Source: Massalongia carnosa (Eukaryota). From it: 64,000 bases of DNA. The notes beneath the pieces are model-generated. The model ran no database searches. It was not told the origin of the DNA and worked only from the letters and a program-made list of their open reading frames with translations. Made by a program: the position numbers and the translations under genes. This document shows positions 25,775 through 37,564 of the stretch, one piece after another. Location of the stretch: assembly GCA_965645245.1 (NCBI GenBank), contig OZ287068.1:1860001-1924000 (forward strand), in the 5' to 3' direction. Numbering within the stretch: the stretch's first letter is position 1; every line of letters begins with the position of its first letter.

Positions 25775-28186
25775 TCGATTGAATGGTCGTTGTGCTTAAT
25801 TAGGAGGGGGAAGGGATAGGGGATGTGACGGACGGTGATAAAGGAGGGATACCAAAGGGGTAAGGGGGAGGAACCTGAAATGTACTGCGATAAGAGCTCT
25901 CTCCCTGCACGAACGCCAGTTTCTCCAGCAAAACTTTCAGGGTCCCAGAGAGCGGTGACGCGGACTTTGCGGTTATGACCGGGGACGACGAAGATGTTGT
26001 GCGCGGTGGCATGGCCAATTAGAGTCTCGTTACTGAGGAGATGAAGGTCTAGGTAAGGCACAGTGGCGGCGTAATCGGTTGGGTTGGTGACATCGATGTC
26101 TGCTTGGAGGAGGATGGAGGACTTGGTGGTGTCTAAGATCCGCAGGGAGCGGACGTGCGGGTTGAAGGATGGAAGATGGCCACCTGAGATCGCTGCGGCG
26201 TGGAAAATGGTTTCATCAGCGTTTTCTATAATACTAAAGAGATCTATGGAGAACATCACACTAACGCTTGACAAACACCTTCCCCTCCGCGGGTAGATCC
26301 CGAACGATGAATTTCCCAAGCGCCGTTTCCGTCTCCACATCCACCTGCGCCTTAACTCCAAGCACGATTCCGCTGCCACCGAAGATGAGCGCTTCTACCA
26401 GATCTGCGAATACATCATCGTCTGTGATCTCCAGCGGAGCTTTCTTGACGATGGATTCTACTGCCAGACCAGCCGGTGTGATTCCGTCCGCTTCGATGTG
26501 CGTTGAGTTTGCCTTTTGCCATTTGCTCAGGTCGAGGGTTCCAAGCTTCTTCGAATGATAAAATACATCGGCATCCGCACGAACTCGGTCGACTTGGATT
26601 GGAAAGTTCATCTCCTGAGGAAGGTTCACTAGAGCCTTCACCATTGCTGATAGTCTGGGTTGTGATTTCGGTGATTCAGGAGCAGCAAATGGGTCCGGCA
26701 GGCTAAGTTGGACATTCGTAAGTGAGAAGTCGCGGATGAGATTGTCGAATGTATGTCCTGGAAACGGGAGCGGAACCACAATGCTCCTAAGAAGCTCTGT
26801 AAGCCATCGAGGACTACTAGGCAGCGGAAACTCCGTGCCACGGACGTAGATCGTAGTTTCGTCTCCATTCATATAGTCACCTAGCAAAAGGTCCAGGGGC
26901 GATTTTCCCGTTGTCGGACAGGCCGTAATCAAAGTTGCTGGTAATTCTCGAATAATCCCCATGACATCGACATTGACATCCTGTCTGGATAGCACTTTAA
27001 TCTCACCTGTTTGCGCATCTGCGAGCGAAATGTACGGTGCTTGGGGAGAGCAGTCCTGGACCAGAATATCGAAGCCAAGGGGTGGAATGGTGAAAGCTAA
27101 AGGATAGTCATTTATGAGGGTCAACGACACATCCGCAGCCATCCCTTTCTGGTCGTGCTTGAGATGGACTTCGCGGAAATTCAACTTCGTAATGTTGTAG
27201 TGTGGAATCGTAGGGATATCACTATCTAGATATCGTTAGCAGATGATATCATTCAGGCAACCACATTTTGCACAAATCAAATGCTCACCTTTGAAGACGA
27301 GCGATTCTGAAATACTGTGTGACCCGAAACTGAACAATCCAGACTTCACCCCAACTTTAGCAACCGCTTGCACCCTCAATTGCCCGAGCCTCCCATCAAG
27401 CCAATCGTTCGCTACCCGCCGTATACCATCAACGTCGCCTGCGACCAAATCGCTAAGAAAATCAATTTGTGTGGTGTGGCCATTTCTGACGTCGACCACA
27501 ATTCGAGGCACATCTGCGCTGCCCAGCAGCACATTGCCGTATTCCGGCAGGTATACATTCACCTTCGAGTTTTTGCTCTCCACGGCTTGCACAATCCAAG
27601 TGCCAAACCGGCCCAAATCTCGTACTGGCTTCTTGTTCACCCTTGACGCATCCATCGTAAAATATCCCTGTATTCTTGCCCGAACACCAGATGAGGTGAG
27701 CGAATCGATAGACAGATCCGTTGGCTCAAACATCATTGCATCTTTTGTGTACTCCTCAACGACTGCTGGCGCCGCAAAACCTAGCCCAAGTATCGTGAGG
27801 AATATCAAACATAAGAGCGTCAGGGCAACTATCAATGGCCACCCTCTCCCTGCCTTTGCTTTTACCGAGTCTACATCTTGTAGGGAGCTCAACGACGAAG
27901 CAGCTGCTGATGCTACATCGTGGCTACGAGCAGGTCGATCCCCATACTCTGGATGGTTGGCATCTAATGAAAGAAGGGGAGTGGATTCTGCAGCCTGTTC
28001 TGAATGTTGGGAATGTCTCGAGCGTATCGATTGCTCTGAATGTCTTGAGTTTACTGAATGTTTTGAAGGTTCAGATTGTTTGGATAAGTCCAATTCTCTT
28101 GACTGTTGAGATGCGGGACGCTCGTGCCTCGAATCGTAAGCATCTTCGCTGCCGCCTAGGAGGGGCGACGATGGATTCTCTGACAT
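25045..28186 (-). CDS. Single-pass membrane protein with repeated beta-sandwich domains (Tag1/DUF3712-like; often labelled pre-rRNA processing protein)
   Basis: ESTPLL dileucine-like signal, one TM (LIVALTLLCLIFLTILGLGF), LSIDSLTSSGVRARIQG, TIPPLGFDILV, TNPTDYAATVPY; four introns inferred. Confidence 0.75.
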
Positions 28187-28586
28187 CACCGCGATAGAGT
28201 TGGCTCAGCAGTACCTTACGAATCCTGAATCCTGGTTTCCAGTGTGCTGTATCTCGTGAAGCTCATAGCTAGAGAGATGTAGATGGAAAAGCTCTAGAAC
28301 GACGAATGACGACAACTTTAGGGTTGGATTAGGTAATTTCTGCATGCATAACTGTATAACTACACAAGCGTTGCTGAGTAGGATAAATATTGATCCGAGA
28401 TGGATAAACACACCAAGTCATCTTTACGTGGGCTTCAATACTCAACTGGCATTTGGCGTTTGCTCATTTATCTGAGCTTCTACTTTCATTCCTTGAAGCA
28501 TAAAATGCTGATCTCTGCAGATTGTAGCTATTTCGTCGATTTCTCTTACGGCTTTCTGTAACTAACTAAAATAAATCTATCCCAGC

Positions 28587-29678
28587 ATGTTTGTCGTCCG
28601 CCCCTTTCGAGCCCTTAAGGGTTTTCGAAAGGTGCAGCAAAAATCGTACTCCATTCCCTCCGCTCTACCTACCTCACCTTTCGCACCTCGTCATCTGCTA
28701 TCAATTGCGGATCTCAGCCCATTGGAGTTGACAGCTCTTGTTCGCAATGCTCACTCTCACAAACAGTCCATCAAGTCTGGGTCAATTCCAAAGTCGATTC
28801 TGGGAGCCCTGACCGGCAAGGCCGTTGCCTTAACCTTCAGCAAGCGAAGCACAAGAACACGCGTATCGACCGAAGGCGCGGTGGCCACGATGGGCGGGCA
28901 CCCAATGTTTCTAGGCAGGGATGATATTCAGTTAGGTGTTAATGAATCGCTGTACGATACCTCGGTGGTTATTTCGTCCATGGTGTCAGCCATCATTGCA
29001 AGAGTGGGACCTCATTCCGACGTAGCGGATTTGGCAAAGCATTCCTCAGTGCCAGTCATCAATGCACTGTCGGATCTCTATCATCCGATGCAAACGATAG
29101 CGGATTACCTAACCATTCACGAGGCGTTTCCGTCGAACCGAATCCCGTCCCGATCAGTCGTTCCCGGGCTAGGATTGGAAGGACTGAAGATTGCATGGGT
29201 AGGCGATGCAAATAATGTGCTGTATGATCTCGCAATTGGCGCCGCAAAACTAGGCGTCGAAGTTGCCGTGGCAACGCCTGCTGGATATGGGATCCCCAGC
29301 GAAATGCGGGAGATCATCAAGCAGTCCGGCAACGGCGCAAGCACAGCACCGCTGATGGAGACACACGTGCCCGAAGAGGCCGTCAAGGACGCCGACATTG
29401 TGGTTACCGACACATGGATCTCCATGGGCCAAGAGCAAGAGAAGGCGGAGCGTCTGCAGGCTTTCAAGGGCTTTCAGGTGACGCCGGAGCTAGCGAAGAA
29501 AGGCGGGGCCAAACCGGGGTGGAAGTTTATGCATTGTCTACCTCGGCATTCAGAGGAGGTTAGCGACCAGGTTTTCTACAGCCCGCGCTCGTTGGTCTTT
29601 CAAGAGGCGGAGAATCGGTTGTGGGCTGCCATCGCGGTTCTGGAGGCGTTCGTGGTGAATAGAGGTAAGATTGTGTAA
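28587..29678 (+). CDS. ARG3: Ornithine carbamoyltransferase, mitochondrial
   Basis: FSKRSTRTRVS, HPMQTIAD, WVGDANNV, TDTWISMGQE, FMHCLPRH, QEAENRLW. Confidence 0.98.
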   Translation: MFVVRPFRALKGFRKVQQKSYSIPSALPTSPFAPRHLLSIADLSPLELTALVRNAHSHKQSIKSGSIPKSILGALTGKAVALTFSKRSTRTRVSTEGAVATMGGHPMFLGRDDIQLGVNESLYDTSVVISSMVSAIIARVGPHSDVADLAKHSSVPVINALSDLYHPMQTIADYLTIHEAFPSNRIPSRSVVPGLGLEGLKIAWVGDANNVLYDLAIGAAKLGVEVAVATPAGYGIPSEMREIIKQSGNGASTAPLMETHVPEEAVKDADIVVTDTWISMGQEQEKAERLQAFKGFQVTPELAKKGGAKPGWKFMHCLPRHSEEVSDQVFYSPRSLVFQEAENRLWAAIAVLEAFVVNRGKIV

Positions 29679-29905
29679 ATACAACCTAGAGTTTGAATAG
29701 GAATTTCCTCTGGATGGTGAGATATGGTGACTGTATACCAGTTGATTGAGACCCTGGAAAATATAATCATGATATTTTTGTAGTCTAGATTTCCAAGAAA
29801 AGCTTGGCAAAAATACATAACCCCGCTCTATCCACCCTTCCCAATCCTCTCCTTCTCCATCAACCAAAATCCTCTTGCTCCACTCACCTAATCATCCTTC
29901 CAAAA

Positions 29906-30352
29906 ATGAACGTAAGTTCNNNNNNNNNNNNNNNNNNNNNNNNNNNNNNNNNNNNNNNNNNNNNNNNNNNNNNNNNNNNNNNNNNNNNNNNNNNNNNNNN
30001 NNNNNNNNNNNNNNNNNNNNNNNNNNNNNNNNNNNNNNNNNNNNNNNNNNNNNNNNNNNNNNNNNNNNNNNNNNNNNNNNNNNNNNNNNNNNNNNNNNNN
30101 NNNNNNNNNNNNNNNNNNNCGAAGGAGGACAGGAAGAGCGAAGATATGCCGGTAGGGAATGGCTGGAGAGGAGATTTAAATGCGGGATTTGAAAAATATG
30201 ATCAGGATAATAACAATATGGGAGGCGAGGGGTTGCTGAAGGAGGAAAGGCGGATGGCAATGGATGATGAGTGGTTGGGGAAAGGGGACGAGGAAGGAGC
30301 GTGGAGGGATGCGAAATGGCTATTTAAAGTGGCCGGGAGGATTGTTTTATGA
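29906..30352 (+). CDS. Unidentified gene interrupted by an assembly gap
   Basis: aaaATGAAC|gtaagt donor just before the N run. Open protein-like frame after it (...GWRGDLNAGFEKYDQD...AWRDAKWLFKVAGRIVL*). Confidence 0.55.
   Translation: MNVSXXXXXXXXXXXXXXXXXXXXXXXXXXXXXXXXXXXXXXXXXXXXXXXXXXXXXXXXXXXXXXXXXXXXKEDRKSEDMPVGNGWRGDLNAGFEKYDQDNNNMGGEGLLKEERRMAMDDEWLGKGDEEGAWRDAKWLFKVAGRIVL
29920..30119. other. Assembly gap (200 N)
   Basis: Run of N in the sequence. Confidence 1.
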
Positions 30353-30581
30353 ACCAGGTCTTGTGGGATGCTTCTTCAGTGGGGATAGGGGGGTTTTGAA
30401 ATGAAGAACGGGATGTATGCTATAGGGTGCGCGTATAAACTATTTGACGCTGACCTTTTACGCGTGACAGCTCCTTGTCAACAAACCCGAGCATTCCCTC
30501 CATATACGTAGGTACGGTTAGGCCATCAATCAGCCAGCCCCTTCATCAAACCCCCGAAAACTCCAGGTTTACCCCCACCCG

Positions 30582-33527
30582 TCACCCAAACCTAATCTCT
30601 CTCGTCCCATCCCACTTTCCCGCCTGAGTCGCTCCTATGTTCGCACTAGCATCCGGATATCTGAGGTTCCGGGCACTCCCACTCGGGGCACTCACGCCTG
30701 CACTCGTATTTCCATTCTCCGCACTCGTCGATGGAGCCCCGAATTTAATGCCTAGTTCAGGATCCCAGATCCCCGGCATGGGCGCTACGGGGGCTCTGGT
30801 TGGAGTTGGGGCGGTAAGGGGTTCTTCGGCTGGGGCGGGGGCGCTGTAGTGGGGTCGCGAGCTTTCTCGCTGTTTCTGAGAATGGAGAGTGTTGGTGGGC
30901 GTGGTGAGAGACAGGGTGGAAAGAGAGGTAGAGAGATCGCTGTTTGGAAAATGTTTGTTAATAAGCAAAAAATATGCGTGCCCGAGGACGAGGTAATCAT
31001 AGAATATTGCGCTTGACGGAGAAGAAAAGGATGGGGAAACGAAGCCATTGGGAAAAGGGGAACCCACGATTCGATTTGCCCCGCTTCGACGCGCCTTTGA
31101 TAAGCAAAATTCTTGGCGTCATCCCGAAACCTGGTGACGATGCTAGCAAGATCATTGTAGAATTTCCGGCCGGTGTTTAAGTTTGACACTATTTCTTTGT
31201 ATTTTAAGTACGCATTCTCTAGTCGTTGGAGAGCCTGCTCTCTATGCTTGGTTGAGGAATCGCCTACACGGGCCATGGTGAAGGCGGTATTTGCATCTTG
31301 AAGCTGACAAGTCACATGTTTCTGCTTTTCTTGCTCCTCGGAAACCATGGAGTGGTCGCTGTCATAATGCTGGAGACGCTCTTCAAACAAGTTCTCGAAT
31401 TGTGCAGGCTCAATTTTCTGCGTTGGGAATTCTCGCTCCAACCGGCCTGTTTCTATGAGGATCTCCGAGTCTTGCGTGAAGGTCAGTATCAATCAAAAGC
31501 TTCTCGCTGGCTACTTGTGCATACTGATGTCATCGGCCTTCGCCTTCTCTCGCAAGCTATCAATTGCCCGTTTCTGTTTGCTTTCTAGCATGCTGACCTG
31601 GTTTAAAACATTCCGCAAGTTTGATGCCGCTCTTTCGAGTTGGGGTGTGATACTTGCTCTTCGGCTGCTAGGCACGTAATCTTCCAAGTCACGAACGCTT
31701 CCTGATAGAATTTGGATGACGCCTTCCCATTCTTTAAGCTTGCCCTTGACCAGATCGTCGCTATTTTGTGCGGATTTTAGATAGCCGTCTATCTCTATGA
31801 CTTGAGCGTATAGTTTCTCAGCTGCTTGTTGAGATGGTTGCCGAGTCCATCTGTCAGTCCCGTATTTGAGTTTAGCACGTTCGTCCTCTGCTGCCTCCGC
31901 TCGAAGCAGGTCAACCCCTTCTTGGTAGATAGATGTATCGTTAGCTTTTAGCTTTGAGATTTGATGCATTGACCGCCGCAGTCGGTGGAGACCTTCCTGT
32001 TGCCGAATTTCATCGGCATGAGATGTTAACGATAGGGGCAGGCCGAGGGGTTTCTCAAGAGCCTGAAGCGATCCGGGTAGATTTAGCGATTGTAAAAGAC
32101 TAACGAAAGTTTAGCCCAATCGAACTTTTTTAAAAGAGCGTTGATGGACTTGCTCCTTAAGTTGACCTGTTGAATTTTCCAACTCGTCGATTATTGTATT
32201 GACTGCTCTGTCTCGTCGCTCTGCATAGATATTGACAGCTATGTGAACGGCGTATGGTACCAACTTCGCAAACAATGGTTGACCAAAAGTAGCTCGATCC
32301 CCAAGCGTTGATGATGGGTCAGACACTTCTGTTGGTACTCGTGGAGTGGCCATACCCGCCCGACTTAGGGTTTTGAGTACTGACTTTGGCGGTACTGGCA
32401 TTAGATATATCACATCGTTATCTTTCTCTGCTCTCTTCAAGTCCTCGGTGACCCGAGACCTGAGGCCATTAAGATCCGTCAGCACGGTTTTATTAATCCA
32501 TCTCGCTTCCTTCAGGGCTTCGTTGACACAAGTCAAACTGTCTCTGAGCCTAGCAACCTCCTCTCCGTAATTTTGCTTGTCCAAACATTCGCGTGATGCC
32601 CGGTACTGAGCAGCCGCCGCAAAATGATGATGCTTGGCGGTCATATGATGAATCCACTCGGTGCTGATGGTATCAGATTTCGTACCAAATTCGGCAGCTT
32701 GATCATAGAAGTCCGAGACTTTAGCTGCTAATTTGGATATCAGACCATCTTTTAAGCCATCCTTCACTGCCTTGGACCAGAAACATTCCTGAGCTTGCGC
32801 TAGCAGAAGCTGCTGCAGGCTTTCCAATGTCATTGTGTCCATGTCCTCTGGTGGTACTGTCCGCAAATCAGGAATTAACTCAGTTTTGATATGGGCAACC
32901 ACCCCAGCAGCTTGGCAGAAATAATTGCATGCTGATTTGAGTCCCTCGCTTGTGCTTCTATTCATGGAAACGGCAAGCTGAGAGTAGAGGGAGGCTAGGT
33001 TATATAGAACATTTGCAAGCTCAAAACGAAGGTTATTCTGTGATACTACAATCCCCAATCAATCATACATCCCAGTAACTCAGAGGGTATAAGGGCATAC
33101 TAGGTCTCTGCGTATTGAAGCCTAGAGCGGGATACCACGTAAAATCTACTCCTATCTATGACGAGCTTCAATGTCAGCTCTCTAGTATAGTATGCTCTAA
33201 CGAACCCAAAAATTCCTGCTATGGTTTGCTCACATCAATGGGGAATTTACCCCCAATCCAAACCAGTTGTGCTGCATAGCCGGTTAGTTTTCTAATGCCA
33301 CTTATATGAGCCTCCAGTGAGTTGACAGCATCGGATCGCAGTCGGTCTATTTCTTCGAGATCCCGCCTAAACATGTCTGGATGTTGATCGTATTTGGTAG
33401 AAATATATTGCTTGATGGCACTCGACAACGATATGGAGTGGGTCCTCCGAAATGGTAGGAAAAGGATGTTGCTGTCCGACATTGTCAGCTACTTACGCGA
33501 AGAGAACTTGTAGACATACGAAGCCAT
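30582..33527 (-). CDS. palA: pH-response regulator PalA/Rim20 (BRO1 + ALIX V domain)
   Basis: MAS|NILFLPFRRT, YDQHPDMF, FELANVLYNLA, LLLAQAQECFW, AEKDNDVIYL, LQALEKPLGLPP, GRKFYNDL, terminal W......RFG. Confidence 0.95.
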
Positions 33528-34456
33528 GTTACTAATTCAAAAGTACCCAAGGCCCTAGAAAAAAAGAACCGAGTCCTTGAGCGACGTTGGATCTTGAAAT
33601 ACAGCCCTAAGGAATGGCTACCCCACATTAAACCCAGTTTAGTTAGCTTACCGACTAAGGCAGTTGGTTGCACCGCGTGCCCGCTCTTGCTCTACTTACT
33701 CCATTGTTCTACGGATAAAATTCTACAATCTTATCCCAACCCCCGACCACCCGCTTCCATGAGCGAGAGCAGATTAGAAAATCTCAAACGGTACTTACAG
33801 CAGCAAAGCCGCAGGGTTCGGCAGTTAGCGACAATCATTTTGCTAGAACAAATGCTGATCTGGATTGGTCCCTAGTCGAGACAGAGCGCGGTCACTCACA
33901 GGTCTAACTAAGTGGTATGTGCAAGGAAATAATCATTTCCACGAACAGAAAACAATAACTGTAGCAATGCGAGAAAAGCTGACTGTGATGAGAAAAAGAA
34001 AAAAAAAGTTCGGGCGGAAATACGACAAGCCCAAATCAGCCGATTAAGATGTTTTCGTAGCTTTCTCATTGTCTTCACAGTGCTGTTCTTCCGTAGGAAA
34101 CAGGTCTTTTTATGTCACATGCCCAAGAAATTCCAACCCTTGACTGAAATGGCAGTCGTAGTGATCTTGTGCTCCAGCGTTTCAAAAATAAAGCTCTGTA
34201 AAGAAATGAATCGAAGGGAAAGACAGTAAAAGGAGGTAAACTTGCTGATGAGAAAAACTTGGGAGTCTATATCACGAAGTACAAAGACCGAGTCAGTCAT
34301 TATCGCCGCGATGGATCTAGATTCAGGTTATTTGAAGACATTTTGTCGGCAACCCACCAAGTTTAAGACTCCAAATAGAAGGTGATGGATGAGTCTATGA
34401 TCTGGTCTTTTGTTATTCCAACGTCCTCTCGTTACGTAGCTGATCAATCCTTCGCT

Positions 34457-36255
34457 TTAGCGCTTAGGTGTCAACCCTATCAACCTAACAAGCCTCTCCA
34501 GCTGCATAATCCATTTCTTCGCGAAAGCCTCTTCGGTGAATCTTTGGGCCGATGACCTAGCCCGCAGGCGCATCGCCAGAGTTTCTTCAGGTGTCATGGA
34601 GAGTGCTTGGGTGAATCTTGCTGCAAACTCTGAAATTGTACTTGCATGGAATCCTGGTAGCAGCTGTAAGCAGAAGTATATGTAGTTCGATCACCACACG
34701 AACCTGTTGGGCCTCCAGCATAGTCTACCACGATGTCCTCCTTTGGCCCTCCACTGTCATTGACAACACAGATAAGCCCGGCCGCCTGGTACTCCACCAC
34801 GCCAATTCCAAAATGCTCATTCCACATTCCATTTACTCCTACCCAGCCTTTCCGCAGCCATTCAAGTATCTCAGGCCATGACGCATCGCAGAAAAATTCG
34901 ACTTGGTCTTTGATTTTTAGTTCGTGCGCAAGCAGCCGAAGATCATAAACTCTCGTCTTATCCTCACTATTCCGAACGCTCCCAATTAACACTAGCCTTG
35001 TATCAGCTGTGCTCTTTGCACCTTGTTCCGTTGACGAATGGATCATTTGCGAGAAAGCTCGAAGGACAAGAGACTGGTTTTTCTCCGGACGGAATTGAGC
35101 AATGTATAAAAGAACACGCTTCCTTTCACTCAACTCATCGATCGTAATTGCTTGCTCCAGTTCCTCGACGGCGACTGGGGGGAAAACAACTTCTACGTCC
35201 CAAGGTTTGCGCCTCTTTGCGCGATTTGAACCCCACAGTGAGCGGATGTGGTTTTGGGTCCAGGAGGAATTGGTCATCACAACATCAATGTCCCCTCCAA
35301 CCCAGCTGTACATCCATGCGAAGATATGCCAATAAAGGCGTTTTATCTGGCCTTTCCACCCTTTTCCTGCCCCTGCATTCAGTCCCTTCCCACCCTCAGC
35401 ATCGAGAGACTCTAGCATATCCGTCGAAATGGTTGGATAATGAACGTAAGCTCCCGTAGGTACTATAGGAAACAAGAACTTTGAGAAAGCCAAAGCGAAC
35501 GCATAGCCCATGGTATCAATGAAGATATCAGGTACCAGCAAGGAGAAAGCGTCGTAAGCAAGTACAAGAGAGCCGAGGCTCTGACCGAGAAGAGTGAAAT
35601 GGGGGTAAGTAGAACTTAGAACGTAATGACGAGTTTGAAGATAGAGGAAGACAACGGTTGGAGGATGAAGATGAATATTGAAACGACTCTATGTGGAATT
35701 AGCTGCAGCTTGCATCTCACACGCAAGATATGCCTGAATGAGGATACCTTAACTCTATGGAGGATTGTCGCTTTGGATGCGTCATGATCGCCCGTATACA
35801 CCACGCAAACCGCCTTGGGCCAGCGTTCTTGTGTAGTTCTAATAGCCGCCCAAAGGACTCGTTCACCCCCGCCGCCAGCATTGCTTTGAAGCCCTCAGCA
35901 TAAACGCTCGAACCCTTGAGCTGAGTCCAATGGCTCACCAGAATGGATGAAAAAACCCAACCACCCCTTCCCACTCGTCGGCTGCCGGGCCCCCGTTCAC
36001 AGCACTACCGATCACATAGCTTTTTACCTCTTCCCAGTCCGCATCATCCAAATTTGGCGAATGATGTTCCCGCGTACGATAGGCTTCCTCTTCTAACTTG
36101 ACTTGTGCCAATATCGCCTTCCTCCGTGTCAGTGTATTTCGTCTTAGGTACCAGCCTATGGCTGTCCCTCCTGATTGTACTAGCCATTTGCCCACGAATA
36201 CTGTAAGAATAAGGGCTAGAATAGTGTTGAGATGGCTCCAATACATAAGCTGCAT
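34457..36255 (-). CDS. ALG11: Alpha-1,2-mannosyltransferase Alg11
   Basis: [77 protein letters not shown]. Confidence 0.96.
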
Positions 36256-36433
36256 TGTTGCAACATTCAGATTATTTCATATAAAATAAAAAAGCTTTTA
36301 GAAGCTTACCTTGCAAAAATCCAGAAGACAATCCGTGCCTTGCCGCTGAATCGCTGTGGCCACCCCGAGTGGCCCGAACAGCCGTACTCTTGGATGTTTA
36401 TCAATTGGATTTTAGAAGATTCAATCTTTTCTC

Positions 36434-37564
36434 ATGATGAGAACACCAATCGTGAGCCTCAGCGAATGCCCAAGATTCCTCCCTTCGCCTTCGAGATGGT
36501 CTCTTGGGGTTCTACATAGCGGGGTCCTACTGCCAAAATGCCGATACATAAGGCTTCCGTCCACAGCGATACTGCTCCATCGCCGAGCATTCCATGCTTC
36601 CCCTTCACATCGTATTCTAGAAACATGCTACGGACTAACACACACAGTTCTTACATGCCTCCATTCATCCATCGGCGTATCATGGTCAGTGACCTTACCC
36701 CTCACCGCACTCATCGTCCGGTCAGTTGTTCTTGGGCCCCTCTACATCGTCAGTCACAACTTCACACAGCGCCAAATCGCTATTCGGCCTCTATCGGAAG
36801 CATGGAAGCACGCGATCCGCTCGAGAGTGTTCCATAAGCATGCTGAGTTAGGTCCAAAAGCTTGTCAGCGATTGGTATTATCGAGATATTCGAGAAAACT
36901 TGGGGATATTAATAAAACGCACGGCACTCAGCCGTGGAAGGGATTTCTGCTTCTGTTGCAACTGCCGGTATTCTTGGTCGTCATCGAGACTATTCGGAAA
37001 ATGAGTGGGACCCACGCTGGGATTATCGGGATGCTCACCCCTGGGCTCACTCAAGCAGAGCCGGCCGCTCCCCCGGCTGGTTTGTTAGAACCACACTCCG
37101 CGCCGCATGAGGAAGTGGAGCCTCCGGCCGCTTTTTTTGAAGACTCCACTCTCACGGACTTGGCCGCGCCCCTTAGCATCGTCCCTGTAGAACATTCTCT
37201 CGCCACAGAAGGCATGCTCTGGTTCCCAGACCTCCTTGCCCCGGATCCATTGCTAATCCTCCCCTTTGCTCTCTCCGCCTCCTTGTTCCTCAATCTTTAC
37301 TATCACTCCCGCGTCTTAGCCATCGCCAACCCCTCCAGGTTCCAGCGACGAGTCAATAAGGCCCTCCAGATGCTCGCGCTCAGCGTGGGACCAGCGACGC
37401 TGCAGCTTCCCAGCGCAATCCTCCTTTATTGGATTTCTAGTTCTTTCTTGGCCCTAGGGCAAAGTATGTTGCTGCAATGGTATTTACCCAATGCGCCGGT
37501 CATCACGCCGTGTAAAAAGAATGGAAAGCCGGTTTCGCCAGGTGGAGGAGGTGCCAGGTTATAG
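36434..37564 (+). CDS. COX18: Oxa1/YidC-family mitochondrial insertase, Cox18-like
   Basis: Presequence RRAFHAS, LHSSIGVSWSVTLPLTALIVR, LQLPVFLVVIETIR, EGMLWFPDLLAPDP, LPSAILLYWISS. Confidence 0.88.
   Translation: MMRTPIVSLSECPRFLPSPSRWSLGVLHSGVLLPKCRYIRLPSTAILLHRRAFHASPSHRILETCYGLTHTVLTCLHSSIGVSWSVTLPLTALIVRSVVLGPLYIVSHNFTQRQIAIRPLSEAWKHAIRSRVFHKHAELGPKACQRLVLSRYSRKLGDINKTHGTQPWKGFLLLLQLPVFLVVIETIRKMSGTHAGIIGMLTPGLTQAEPAAPPAGLLEPHSAPHEEVEPPAAFFEDSTLTDLAAPLSIVPVEHSLATEGMLWFPDLLAPDPLLILPFALSASLFLNLYYHSRVLAIANPSRFQRRVNKALQMLALSVGPATLQLPSAILLYWISSSFLALGQSMLLQWYLPNAPVITPCKKNGKPVSPGGGGARL

Noticed and set aside
27243..28109. Long antisense ORFs here and over ELP1, MVD1, PEP12 and the 54-55 kb gene
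   Set aside because: Shadow frames of real genes with no recognisable motifs.
23481..28422. GATGACTT upstream of both ILV6 and ARG3 as CpcA/Gcn4 sites
   Set aside because: Mismatched to the TGASTCA consensus and single-copy; too weak to call.
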